Origin: Blastocatellia bacterium
Lineage (GTDB): Bacteria; Acidobacteriota; Blastocatellia; UBA7656
Direction of reading: 5' to 3'
Length of the DNA stretch: 54,394 bases
Assembly: GCA_035537555.1 (NCBI GenBank)
Contig: DATLMR010000369.1
Span: 1-54,394 of the forward strand
The translations under genes and the position numbers were made by a program. Shown here one piece after another: positions 8,630 through 17,192 of this stretch (its first letter is position 1; each line of letters opens with the position of its first letter). The notes beneath the pieces are model-generated. The model ran no database searches. It was not told where the DNA came from and saw only the letters and a program-made list of their open reading frames with translations.

Positions 8630-10765
8630 GTGAAAAGAGCCTTGCTCGTTATTTTGGCCGTCTCCTGTCTGATGCCCTCTGCTCCGATGGCTCGGAGCAG
8701 GCAACCGAAGAACGATGTCACGATATACCGGGATGAGTTCGGCATTCCGCACGTCTTCGCCTCGTCGCTCGAAAACGCCGCGTTCGGGGTCGGGTATGCC
8801 CAGGCGGAGGACCGGCTCGAAGAGCTCCTCAAGAATTATCGCCGCGCGGCGGGCACCATGTCCGAGGTCTTCGGACCGGAGGCCTACAGGGGCGACCTCA
8901 TCCAGAGGATGTGGAGGCACAGAGAGATCAGCCGCGAAAAATACGATCAGGTGAGCCCGCGCATGCGCGCCGTCATCGAGTCATTCCAGGACGGGATCAA
9001 GCAGTTCATGAAGGAGCACCCGGAGCAGGTGCCGTCCTGGGCGCAGGAGATTCAGCCCTGGGATGTCGTCGCCCTCTCGCGATACATAATCTTCGGGTGG
9101 CCGCTCGGAGAGGCGGGGGCCGATTTGCAGCGTGGCGGGATTCAGCCGGACCCCGCGGCTTATAAAGGCTCGAATCAGATGTTGATCGCGCCGAGCCGCA
9201 CGAAGGACCGGGTCCCGATCGCTGTGATCGACCCGCATCTGAGCTGGTATGGCGAGTTCAGGTTCTACCAGGTCCGCATCTACGCGGGCGATTTCAACGT
9301 CTCGGGCGTGTCGATACTCGGCCTTCCCATCCCTCTGCTCGCTCATAGCAGGTATTGCTCGGTTGCGATGACTACGGGCGGTCCGGACACGTCGGATGTC
9401 TACGAGGAAGAGCTGAACCCCTCCAATCCGAGGCAGTACAAATATGACGGCAAATGGCGGGACATGCTGGTAAGGAAAGAGAAGATCGGCGTCAAGACCG
9501 CCTCGGGCGTCGATGCGCGCGAGGTCGAGATAGAGTACACGCATCACGGTCCCGTAGTCGCCCACAAGGGAGACCGCGCCTACTCGATGGCCATACCTTA
9601 CGCGGGCGAAGTCGGATTAAGCGACCAGGGGTATCAGATGATGACCGCGCGGAACCTCGAAGAGATGAAGCGGGCGTTATCCGGCCTCCAATTGATGGCC
9701 CAGAACGTCATGGTTGGGACCGTGCAGGGGGACATCTACTACCAGAGAACGGGCCGCGTGCCCATAAGAGCGAAGGGCGTCGATCCTTCGAAGCCCATTC
9801 CGGGGAATACCTCCGCGACCGAATGGCAGGGGATTCACCCGATGTCGGATCTCGTGCAGATCACAAATCCGCCGTCCGGGTACATGCACAACAACAACGT
9901 GACCCCCTTCGCGATGATGAAGAACAGCCCCCTGACCCCCGAGAAGTATAAGGCTTATCCCTATATCTATAACGCGTCGGAAACGGCCCCGCGCCATCAA
10001 AGGGCCGAGATGATGACCGACCTGCTCGACCCCATAAAAGACCTCTCTACTGAGCAGGCCATCGACCTGGCTTTCAATACGCAGGTGTGGAAAGCGGAAC
10101 AGTGGCAGGCGAGGCTCAAGGCGGCGTGGGAGAAGGCTCCCGCCGCGAGCAGGTCTGCGGATATGTCTACCGTGTACGACCTGATTCAGAGATGGGACCG
10201 GCATAGCAACCCCGAGTCCGAAGGCGCGCTCGCCTACTACGCTTTCAAAAAGGGCCTGAAGCCCGACCTGGCGAAACAATACAACCTGCCTGCCGAGATA
10301 ACGGATGAAGACCTCCTGGGCGCGGTGGCGAAGGCCGCGGAATGGCTCAAGACCAACTTCAACGCTCTCAACGTGCCCTTCGGGACCTATTTTCGTGTCG
10401 GGCGCGAAGGCGGCGCAAAGACGTGGCCCGCGGGAGGCGGCTCTCTTAATGGAGGCGAAAACAACGTCGGGATGGCGACTACTCGCGCAACCAGCTTCAG
10501 GCGCGTGGGGAAGGAGATGGTCGGGGCCGGAGGGCAGACATCGACCCAGATCGTTATCTTATCCAATCCGCCCGAGTCGTACTCGATAGTCCCTCTCGGC
10601 CACAGCGATCATAAAGAGAGCGGCCACTGGGACGATCAGGCCGAAAAGCTCTACAGCAAGGGAAAGGCCCTGCGAACATACTTCATGAACCGCAAGGAGC
10701 TGATGAAACACATCACCTCGACGAAGGTCTTGAAGCGCGGCGTTGCGGCACAGGCTCGGCCTTAG
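8630..10765 (+). CDS. Penicillin acylase family (S45 Ntn-hydrolase; possible AHL/penicillin acylase)
   Basis: GTG start with AAGGAG upstream, then a signal peptide. [20 protein letters not shown] is present, and the candidate Ser nucleophile sits in [13 protein letters not shown]. Confidence 0.85.
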   Translation: MKRALLVILAVSCLMPSAPMARSRQPKNDVTIYRDEFGIPHVFASSLENAAFGVGYAQAEDRLEELLKNYRRAAGTMSEVFGPEAYRGDLIQRMWRHREISREKYDQVSPRMRAVIESFQDGIKQFMKEHPEQVPSWAQEIQPWDVVALSRYIIFGWPLGEAGADLQRGGIQPDPAAYKGSNQMLIAPSRTKDRVPIAVIDPHLSWYGEFRFYQVRIYAGDFNVSGVSILGLPIPLLAHSRYCSVAMTTGGPDTSDVYEEELNPSNPRQYKYDGKWRDMLVRKEKIGVKTASGVDAREVEIEYTHHGPVVAHKGDRAYSMAIPYAGEVGLSDQGYQMMTARNLEEMKRALSGLQLMAQNVMVGTVQGDIYYQRTGRVPIRAKGVDPSKPIPGNTSATEWQGIHPMSDLVQITNPPSGYMHNNNVTPFAMMKNSPLTPEKYKAYPYIYNASETAPRHQRAEMMTDLLDPIKDLSTEQAIDLAFNTQVWKAEQWQARLKAAWEKAPAASRSADMSTVYDLIQRWDRHSNPESEGALAYYAFKKGLKPDLAKQYNLPAEITDEDLLGAVAKAAEWLKTNFNALNVPFGTYFRVGREGGAKTWPAGGGSLNGGENNVGMATTRATSFRRVGKEMVGAGGQTSTQIVILSNPPESYSIVPLGHSDHKESGHWDDQAEKLYSKGKALRTYFMNRKELMKHITSTKVLKRGVAAQARP

Positions 10766-10904
10766 AGGCGGCCGGGGGTCAGGAATAGGTTTCGCGTGGC
10801 AGAGCGAGTCCGGAGTAACCTTCGAAGCTCGCTTCAAATGACCCCCACTTCTTCCCTGACCCGCCTCGTTCCTTAGCTGTTATAATGACCGTCGGAAATA
10901 ATCG

Positions 10905-12272
10905 ATGGCCGACGTAACGATTCTAGAGCCCATGTCGACCGGGGATGTGATAGACCGCGCCGTGCGCCTGTACCGTCGCAACTTCACGCCCCTGGTCTCG
11001 ATCTCCGCTGTCCCTTCGGTCCTGGGCTATATAGTCTCGCTACTCTTCTGGTCCGGACTCGGTGAGCTTGAGAGAGGGAGAGGGATGACCCCGGGCGCGG
11101 TCGTCTTCATGGCTCTGGGCGCTATCGGGTACCCGATCTGGCTCTTCGTCTTGCTTATGACGATCGCGGGTCTTTCAAGAGTCGTCGGCGACCACGTGAT
11201 GCTCGAAGAGTCCATAACCTTCCGCAAGTGCGCCTCGGCTATCCGTCGCAGGTTTAAAGACATACTCCTAATGGCGCTTCTGTCGCTCGTCGCGGTAGTC
11301 GCGATATATATGGCCGTCTCGGCGATCATTTTCGTTCTTATTCTGATCGTCGGAATAGTCGCGGGAGTCTTCGCCGCGGCCGGCATGCCTCCAACGGTAA
11401 TAGGACTGCTGGTGGGATTCGTGGCGATCGTGGCAATCGCGGCGGCTATCTTTCTTATCCTCGTCATTCTCGTGCGTATCACGTTCCTGCCTCAGGTGGT
11501 CATGCTCGAAGGCCAGTCGGCGGGAAATGCTTTGACGAGGGCGATAAATCTGGGAAAGGGAAACTGGCACCGGTTCGGCGCGATTGTCCTGTTCGGCTAC
11601 TTCGTTTCTCTCTCGATGCTCGCGGCCCTGCTGCTGCCGGTCCTGGCGCTCCTTCAATTATCGGGGCAGGCGACCTCGGAGTTCTTTTCCGGCCAGGGTT
11701 GGAACGCAATCTACGGGGCCTGCAATCAGATTGCGAGCCTGCTGGTCCTACCGATCTGGATAATATCGATCACCCTTCTTTACTTCGATAGCCGCGTGCG
11801 AAAGGAAGCCTACGACCTTGAGCTTCTCGCGCGTGAAATCGCCCCGGGCTTCTACTGGCAGCCCCCCGTCCAGACATCGGCTTTCGGGTACCAGATGGCG
11901 GCTCCGGCAGGCGACGGGCGCGCGTTCACTCAAACCAGCCCTCTGGGCCTCGCCGGGTACGGGCGGCAGACCGGCTTTGCCGGGCACGCCCCGCCAGGCG
12001 AGCATCCAGAAGCTTCCGAAGCGGCGAGTAGAGTGGATGAGCCGGTAGAATCGCGTAGAGCGAACGGGATTGAAAGCTCACAAGAAGCGGTCGGATCGAG
12101 TGGAGCCCTCGCCCCGCAGGCCTGGGCTCCCGGCGACGCTGAGGGGTCGGAGACTCCCCGGGAGGCAGGCGGAGCCGCATCCCCGACCTGCTGGAAGTGC
12201 GGCGCCGGCCTGGACGCGGCCGGTCGATTTTGCGGTAATTGCGGAGCGGCATTTTCGCCCTCGCCTTTATGA
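10905..12272 (+). CDS. Polytopic membrane protein with low-complexity tail and C-terminal zinc ribbon
   Basis: The N-terminus (DVIDRAVRLYRRNF) followed by about 6 TM segments resembles the GDPD-membrane/DUF975-like family. The C-terminus carries CWKCGAGLDAAGRFCGNCG. Confidence 0.6.
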   Translation: MADVTILEPMSTGDVIDRAVRLYRRNFTPLVSISAVPSVLGYIVSLLFWSGLGELERGRGMTPGAVVFMALGAIGYPIWLFVLLMTIAGLSRVVGDHVMLEESITFRKCASAIRRRFKDILLMALLSLVAVVAIYMAVSAIIFVLILIVGIVAGVFAAAGMPPTVIGLLVGFVAIVAIAAAIFLILVILVRITFLPQVVMLEGQSAGNALTRAINLGKGNWHRFGAIVLFGYFVSLSMLAALLLPVLALLQLSGQATSEFFSGQGWNAIYGACNQIASLLVLPIWIISITLLYFDSRVRKEAYDLELLAREIAPGFYWQPPVQTSAFGYQMAAPAGDGRAFTQTSPLGLAGYGRQTGFAGHAPPGEHPEASEAASRVDEPVESRRANGIESSQEAVGSSGALAPQAWAPGDAEGSETPREAGGAASPTCWKCGAGLDAAGRFCGNCGAAFSPSPL

Positions 12273-12311
12273 AGCGCTGGGAGCGGCCCGCTTCCCGGAC
12301 TCGTGAGAACC

Positions 12312-13436
12312 ATGAAAATCGGATTCGGTTTCAACATTGTCAGACAGAGAGCTCGCGGCTCTGGACATATCAAAGCGCGGGCCATAGCCGGCGTCTGGCG
12401 CTTCGGCATCGCGGCCGCTCTGGTCGTTTTGTTCACTGCCCCTTTCGCGAATGGCGCGTCAACCCTGCTCGATTATGAAAAGCGAGTCTTTAGGGCGGCC
12501 GAACAGGTCGAGAGAATAAAGACCGACCGGGCCTATGAAGAGGAAGGCCTCGCGCATATTCGTAATCTCGTGCCGGCGGTGGAGTCCGTCTCTTTCGACG
12601 GGGAATCCGTCTCGGTGGACAATTCATGGCTCCACACACTCCTCGATAAGTATTCGGGTGAGGCCGACACGGCGATACGGCTGACGCTTTTGAGCGAAGC
12701 GGGCGGGCGGCTGCATGCGCTGGACGAGCATTTGCGGGAAGCGGCGGCAATCGCGCATGAGGCGGTCGGAACGGATGACTCGCGGGAAAAAATCGAGGAG
12801 ATACTGTCCAGATCGGAGTACCGCGAAAAAAGGGAGGATCGATTTACCGCCTACGTCAAAGAGATCCGCAACAGGATATTGAAATTCATATCGGATTTTT
12901 TCACTCGCCTGTTCCAGATCATCTTCGGGTCGGCGGGCGCCTCGAACGTAATCTCGAAGTTCATAATAATCGCTATGATCTCGGGCGCAGCGTATGGAGT
13001 GTACCGTCTGGCGAAGCAGTTTCCGCGAGGCAAGAAAGCTTCAAGGAAGCGGGTCGTGATGGGAGAAGAGATCGAGGCGAATATGACGGCGGGTGAGCTT
13101 GCCGACGCGGCGCTTGCCGCGGCGTCGAAGGGGGATTACCGGACCGGCGTCCGCAATCTCTACATATCCCTGCTCTACGAACTCGCGGAGCGGGAGATTA
13201 TCGAGCTCGAGCCGAACACGACCAATCACGAGTACCTTGCGAAGGTCTCTGAGCGCACCCGGCTCGCGGCGCCCATGGCGTACCTGACCGACCGGTTCGA
13301 CTACTTCTGGTATGGGATGTTCGATTCAACGGAGCAGGATTTCTCCCTCTATTTCGAACGGTATAAGGAGGCGATCGCGCAGGCGCAAGTGCCTTCCCAG
13401 CCTGCCGCGGTAGCGACCGCGGGCCAGGGGCAATGA
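12312..13436 (+). CDS. DUF4129-like membrane-anchored protein
   Basis: ATG at 12312 (an in-frame GTG at 12303 is also possible). Signal/TM segment near the N-terminus and a central TM (FIIIAMISGAAYGVY). The C-terminal segment NHEYLAKV..LTDRFDYFWYG is typical of DUF4129. Confidence 0.55.
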   Translation: MKIGFGFNIVRQRARGSGHIKARAIAGVWRFGIAAALVVLFTAPFANGASTLLDYEKRVFRAAEQVERIKTDRAYEEEGLAHIRNLVPAVESVSFDGESVSVDNSWLHTLLDKYSGEADTAIRLTLLSEAGGRLHALDEHLREAAAIAHEAVGTDDSREKIEEILSRSEYREKREDRFTAYVKEIRNRILKFISDFFTRLFQIIFGSAGASNVISKFIIIAMISGAAYGVYRLAKQFPRGKKASRKRVVMGEEIEANMTAGELADAALAAASKGDYRTGVRNLYISLLYELAEREIIELEPNTTNHEYLAKVSERTRLAAPMAYLTDRFDYFWYGMFDSTEQDFSLYFERYKEAIAQAQVPSQPAAVATAGQGQ

Positions 13437-13483
13437 AGGCCCGGCATTATATTTCTGCCTTATTTTCCAGTAAATTGGCGGGG

Positions 13484-13513
13484 GTCCGCCTCCTTGACAC
13501 CCGGGAAAACGAG
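13484..13513 (+). promoter_or_regulatory. Candidate sigma70-type promoter for ssrA
   Basis: TTGACA (13484..13489), an 18-nt spacer, then TGT-TAAACT (-10 at 13508..13513). It ends 22 nt upstream of the mature tmRNA 5' end. Confidence 0.35.
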
Positions 13514-13534
13514 ATGTTAAACTCCTTCCTGTCT

Positions 13535-13887
13535 GGGGGTGCCAGGTTTCGACGGGGGACTCCGAGACGATGGATGCATAACCGCGGACCACGCCCCGCG
13601 TTATCAAGCTTGGAAAACAGAATCGCGAATAGCGAACTTGCTTTAGCAGCTTAATGCTGCTACGTCTCCCCTGAGATCGCCTGTGTTTCTGGAGCGAGAC
13701 GTCATTTAACGGGCTGCTCTTTCGGATCCGCGCCCGGGGGTCCGAAAGTTAAGACAATCCGGGCTAGCTTGTCGGGATGCTTAGTTGTTTCCACTGTTCC
13801 GGCGAGCGAAATAAAAGGAAGCAACTATGTTATGTAGAGTCTATCGTTGACGACTTCCGGACGAGAGTTCAATTCTCTCCACCTCCA
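13535..13887 (+). ncRNA. ssrA: tmRNA (SsrA), one-piece
   Basis: The 5' GGGGGTGCCAGGTTTCGACGGGGG pairs with 3' CACCTCC-A (13880..13887), including a G3:U70 wobble. T-arm is GAGAG-TTCAATT-CTCTC. Internal tag ORF GCG AAT AGC GAA CTT GCT TTA GCA GCT TAA (13625..13654) encodes ANSELALAA. CCA is not encoded. Confidence 0.9.
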
Positions 13888-13921
13888 TTGTTTAATGTCC
13901 GATGTGAAGAATAACTCGGTT

Positions 13922-13975
13922 TGGGCGGACATCTTGCTCGACTATCAGGGCAGAATGTCCGCCCATCGTCTTTTT
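13922..13975 (+). terminator. Hairpin plus T-run downstream of ssrA
   Basis: Perfect 11-bp stem TGGGCGGACAT (13922..13932) / ATGTCCGCCCA (13955..13965), followed by TCGTCTTTTT. Confidence 0.5.
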
Positions 13976-14006
13976 GAGACTGAATTCGGGATAATAGAGA
14001 GTAAAG

Positions 14007-14408
14007 ATGCCAAACTTCGGATTGAATGAGGCCGCGGCGGTCAAACTGGCGGAGATCTCGCGCGAAGTCGAAGAGCTGGAACAGGGTCGCAATTCGCTAT
14101 TGAAAAGGGTGGACCGCCTGCGGGCCTCGCTTCAACGGGCCGGGCAGCGCACCGGCGCGATGCGGGCCTCGATCGATCTCCTGTGCGATCACGTCAGCTC
14201 GGTGGCCGCCGCTCTGTCCGAGCTGCGCGAACTCGAAGAAGAGATCAAGGACCTGGAGCGCGGGCTGGCCGGATCGGAAACGGAGACGTCCGGTCTTTCC
14301 TTCGAATCCGATGGGCTGCTCGATACTATCGAAGATACCGAAAACGATCTTGAGCGAGTCTCCGCGCTTATTCTGGAGGGAAGGGTGCAGGAGAAGAAGG
14401 GGCATTAA
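14007..14408 (+). CDS. Hypothetical coiled-coil protein
   Basis: 133-aa ORF with GC-rich third codon positions. Heptad-like, charged sequence (EVEELEQGRNSLLKRVDRLRASLQ..). I recognise no family. Confidence 0.4.
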   Translation: MPNFGLNEAAAVKLAEISREVEELEQGRNSLLKRVDRLRASLQRAGQRTGAMRASIDLLCDHVSSVAAALSELRELEEEIKDLERGLAGSETETSGLSFESDGLLDTIEDTENDLERVSALILEGRVQEKKGH

Positions 14409-14528
14409 TTGACCCGCGCCTCCGTTTCGTATTCTTTTCTCATTTGCTTGAATTCCTCTCCGTTTACCCTGTATCTTTTTACCCTCGATCAAGGCTGGCT
14501 CAGACAAAACTGAAGAATCGACTTCTTA

Positions 14529-15353
14529 ATGGCGGATAGAAAAAATCTCAGTGACGCGCCTATTGGCATATTTGATTCTGGGGTCGGAGGTCTCACGGTT
14601 TTCCGCGCCATCGAGCAGAGGCTGCCCGGTGAAAGCCTGATCTATCTCGGCGATACCGCGCGAATACCTTACGGGACTCGGTCGAATTCAACCGTCGAGC
14701 GCTATGCCCTCGAAGACGCCGCCTTCATCCTGGCGAAGAATGTCAAAGCAATCGTCATCGCCTGCAATACCGCTTCCGCCCTGGCCGCCGACCGCCTCTC
14801 TCGCGAATGCAGCGTTCCCGTGCTCGGAGTCATAAAGCCGGGCGCGCGGCGGGCGGTCGGCGTCTCTAAGAGCGGTTACATCGGAGTAATCGCAACCGAG
14901 GCGACGGTCGCAAGCCGCGCCTACGAGCGCGAGATGCTCCTCCTCTCCGGCACCGTCGAAATCGTCTCTCGCGCTTGCCCTCTCTTCGTCCCTCTTGCCG
15001 AAGAAGGATGGGTCAGCCACAAGGTCACGCTCGGAGTGGCCGAAGAGTACCTGTCGGACCTCCGAGAGAGCCGCGTTGACACCCTGGTACTGGGTTGCAC
15101 TCACTACCCGATACTTCGCCCGATAATCGAGCAGGTAATGGGTGATCACATAAACTATATCGACTCCGGCGAGGCCGTGGCGGAAGAAGTCGCGAGCCTT
15201 CTGGAAGCACGGGGCCTCTTGCGAACAGGGGACGGCCCGCGCGAAGAGCGCTTCTATGTCACAGACGCCGCGACTCGCTTCAGGCGGGTCGCGGAGCTTT
15301 TTCTGGGCCGCCCTCTGGAGTCCGTTGAAACCATAGAATTGGGAACATTATGA
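14529..15353 (+). CDS. murI: Glutamate racemase
   Basis: [19 protein letters not shown] and GCTHYP motifs carry both catalytic Cys. Confidence 0.9.
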   Translation: MADRKNLSDAPIGIFDSGVGGLTVFRAIEQRLPGESLIYLGDTARIPYGTRSNSTVERYALEDAAFILAKNVKAIVIACNTASALAADRLSRECSVPVLGVIKPGARRAVGVSKSGYIGVIATEATVASRAYEREMLLLSGTVEIVSRACPLFVPLAEEGWVSHKVTLGVAEEYLSDLRESRVDTLVLGCTHYPILRPIIEQVMGDHINYIDSGEAVAEEVASLLEARGLLRTGDGPREERFYVTDAATRFRRVAELFLGRPLESVETIELGTL

Positions 15354-16084
15354 GCCAAAAAAGAGCTGGTGGCCGCGCTTACAATCAGATGAGAACGGTC
15401 AGGATAACTCCGGGATTTACCAAGTACGCGGAAGGATCGGTCTTGATCGAGATCGGAGAGACGCGCGTCATCTGCACGGCCTCCGTGGACGACCGGGTGC
15501 CGATGTTTTTGAGAGGGCAGGGGAAAGGGTGGGTCACCGCCGAATACTCCATGCTTCCGAGAGCGACCGAATCACGGACGCACCGTGAAAGCGGCCGCAA
15601 TCAGGTCTCGGGCCGGACCCAGGAGATTCAGAGACTGATCGGCCGTTCTCTTCGAGCCGTGGTGGAAGGGAACCGTATCGGGGAGCGGACAATCTATCTC
15701 GACTGCGACGTCATACAGGCCGACGGCGGGACCCGCACCGCCTCGATCACGGGCGCTTTCGTGGCGCTGGTCCTCGCCCTCAGGAAGCTCTATAACGAGG
15801 GGAAGATAGCCAAGCCGCTCCCCGTTACGAACTACCTTGCCGCCGTATCCGTGGGCATCATCGCGGGCCAGCCTCTCCTCGACCTCGACTATGCGGAAGA
15901 CTCGCGCGCCGATGTGGACATGAACATCGTCCGCACGGGCTCCGGGCAGTTCATCGAAATCCAGGGGACGGCCGAATCCCGCCCCTTCACCGAATCGCAG
16001 ATGAACGAGATGACCGCCCTCGCGGGCCAGGGCATCGAGCTTCTCATCGAGCAACAGAAGGCCGTGCTGGGCGAGCTGCGCTGA
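15350..16084 (+). CDS. rph: Ribonuclease PH
   Basis: ATGA overlap with the murI stop. [31 protein letters not shown] and [15 protein letters not shown] are RNase PH hallmarks. Confidence 0.9.
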   Translation: MSQKRAGGRAYNQMRTVRITPGFTKYAEGSVLIEIGETRVICTASVDDRVPMFLRGQGKGWVTAEYSMLPRATESRTHRESGRNQVSGRTQEIQRLIGRSLRAVVEGNRIGERTIYLDCDVIQADGGTRTASITGAFVALVLALRKLYNEGKIAKPLPVTNYLAAVSVGIIAGQPLLDLDYAEDSRADVDMNIVRTGSGQFIEIQGTAESRPFTESQMNEMTALAGQGIELLIEQQKAVLGELR

Positions 16085-16149
16085 CGGGCTGGCCGCGTAG
16101 TGACACCCGGCGGAGAACGCGCCTCCAAGTGACCGTGAGCAAAGGTACC

Positions 16150-16170
16150 GGGCCCGGCCCCACCGGGCCC
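16150..16170 (+). terminator. GC-rich hairpin after rph (no clear U-tract)
   Basis: GGGCCCGG-CCCCA-CCGGGCCC: 8-bp perfect stem with a 5-nt loop. Confidence 0.3.
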
Positions 16171-16182
16171 CTTGCGGGCGAT

Positions 16183-16196
16183 GGTAAAATTTTACC
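16183..16196. promoter_or_regulatory. Perfect 14-bp AT-cored palindrome GGTAAAATTTTACC, candidate operator
   Basis: Read directly from the sequence. It lies 44 nt upstream of the ATG at 16240, in an otherwise GC-rich spacer. Confidence 0.25.
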
Positions 16197-16239
16197 GTTA
16201 CACGTGCCAGGTTCGCGCGTTCTTAAGCAGGAGGTGGTT

Positions 16240-16755
16240 ATGAGGTCAAGCACTTTACTTTTGGTTGCGCTCCTCTTGGGCTCGGTCCAACCGGGGGCCG
16301 CTTTCGCCCAGTCCGGCGAAGAGTTCGCCGACCCCGAGGGGAGATTCAAGATCACGCTTCACGGCGACTGGAAGGCGATAACCTACAGCGACGCCGTCGG
16401 CAGGCAGAAGACCGAGTTCGTCTACCGGGACCGCCGCGTGGGGCTGCTCAAAATATCGAGCACGAGCCTGAGCGGCGGAAGCCTGAGCAATATAGTGCGG
16501 GAGGACGAAGAGAACCAGAGGACGTACCGCGCGGGCTACGTGGCCGGGTCGAATGAGGATTTCGGCGGCGGGGGCCTCCCCGGGGTCAGGCTCGCCTTCT
16601 ACACGACGGAGAGTTATAAGCAGGTCGCCAACACGACGTATTACCTGCGAGACGGGAACCGCGTCTGGGTGCTCAAGTTCACTGGCCCGAAGGGCACTCT
16701 CGACACCATGCGGAACGTCACCGACCAGATGGCGCGCAGTTTCCGCCCTATGTAG
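16240..16755 (+). CDS. Secreted hypothetical protein (PsbP/DUF1795-like guess)
   Basis: ATG at 16240 is preceded by AGGAGG (16228..16233). Signal peptide is MRSSTLLLVALLLGSVQPGAAFA. The longer upstream GTG extension is Gly/Pro-rich and implausible. Confidence 0.6.
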   Translation: MRSSTLLLVALLLGSVQPGAAFAQSGEEFADPEGRFKITLHGDWKAITYSDAVGRQKTEFVYRDRRVGLLKISSTSLSGGSLSNIVREDEENQRTYRAGYVAGSNEDFGGGGLPGVRLAFYTTESYKQVANTTYYLRDGNRVWVLKFTGPKGTLDTMRNVTDQMARSFRPM

Positions 16756-16773
16756 ACCTCCGGATCAAACCTA

Positions 16774-16916
16774 TTGCGCGCTGGCGCAAGCGATGGATAC
16801 TCGAAGTACGGGCGCGCTAGCGCCCGGCAATCCGATCAGACCTGCCGTGTTGCCGCCATTATTTGTCGCGGGCTTTAGCCCGGGGGCGCGCAGCATCTCG
16901 ACGCGCGCTTTAGCGC
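16774..16916. repeat. Cluster of four short GC-rich tetraloop hairpins in an intergenic region
   Basis: TTGCGC-GCTG-GCGCAA (16774..16789), GGGCGC-GCTA-GCGCCC (16810..16825), CGGGC-TTTA-GCCCG (16869..16882) and GCGC-TTTA-GCGC (16905..16916). Confidence 0.4.
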
Positions 16917-17192
16917 AAAATACCAGCCCGCCATTCGATCCCGGCGCGGCGATCCCAGCGGCCGGTCCTTGGGCTTGCGCGTGAGGCGGCCTCGGTATTA
17001 ATCTCAATTCGTGTGAGGGATCGAACTTTTGCCACATACCCCTCATTAAACAGGTTTATACGAATGGAAAAGCCCCGGGCAGGCTTTCGAGAGCCGCGCA
17101 CCTCTTTCCGGGTCTCTCGGAAGACGCTCGCAGGCTTCTGAGAGCAGGCCAGGCTTCATACAATAAATTCGCCCTGAAAGGAGACCGCACCG

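Noticed and set aside
13464-13475. The 12-mer ATTGGCGGGGGT is repeated at 36354..36365, both times in intergenic DNA.
   Set aside because: With about 54 kb read on two strands, many chance 12-mer repeats are expected. Flanking sequence shows no further similarity.
13847-14029. A 60-aa ORF overlapping the tmRNA 3' end and its terminator.
   Set aside because: It is explained by the tmRNA and terminator sequences. It has no RBS, and its translation is not protein-like.
13888-14528. A genomic island integrated at the tmRNA 3' end.
   Set aside because: There is no integrase and no direct repeat of the ssrA 3' terminus within the window. The next genes (murI, rph) are core housekeeping genes.
16934-16944. 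TTCGATCCCGG looks like a tRNA T-loop.
   Set aside because: The flanking bases cannot form a 5-bp T-stem with a 7-nt loop, and no acceptor or anticodon arms can be drawn on either strand.
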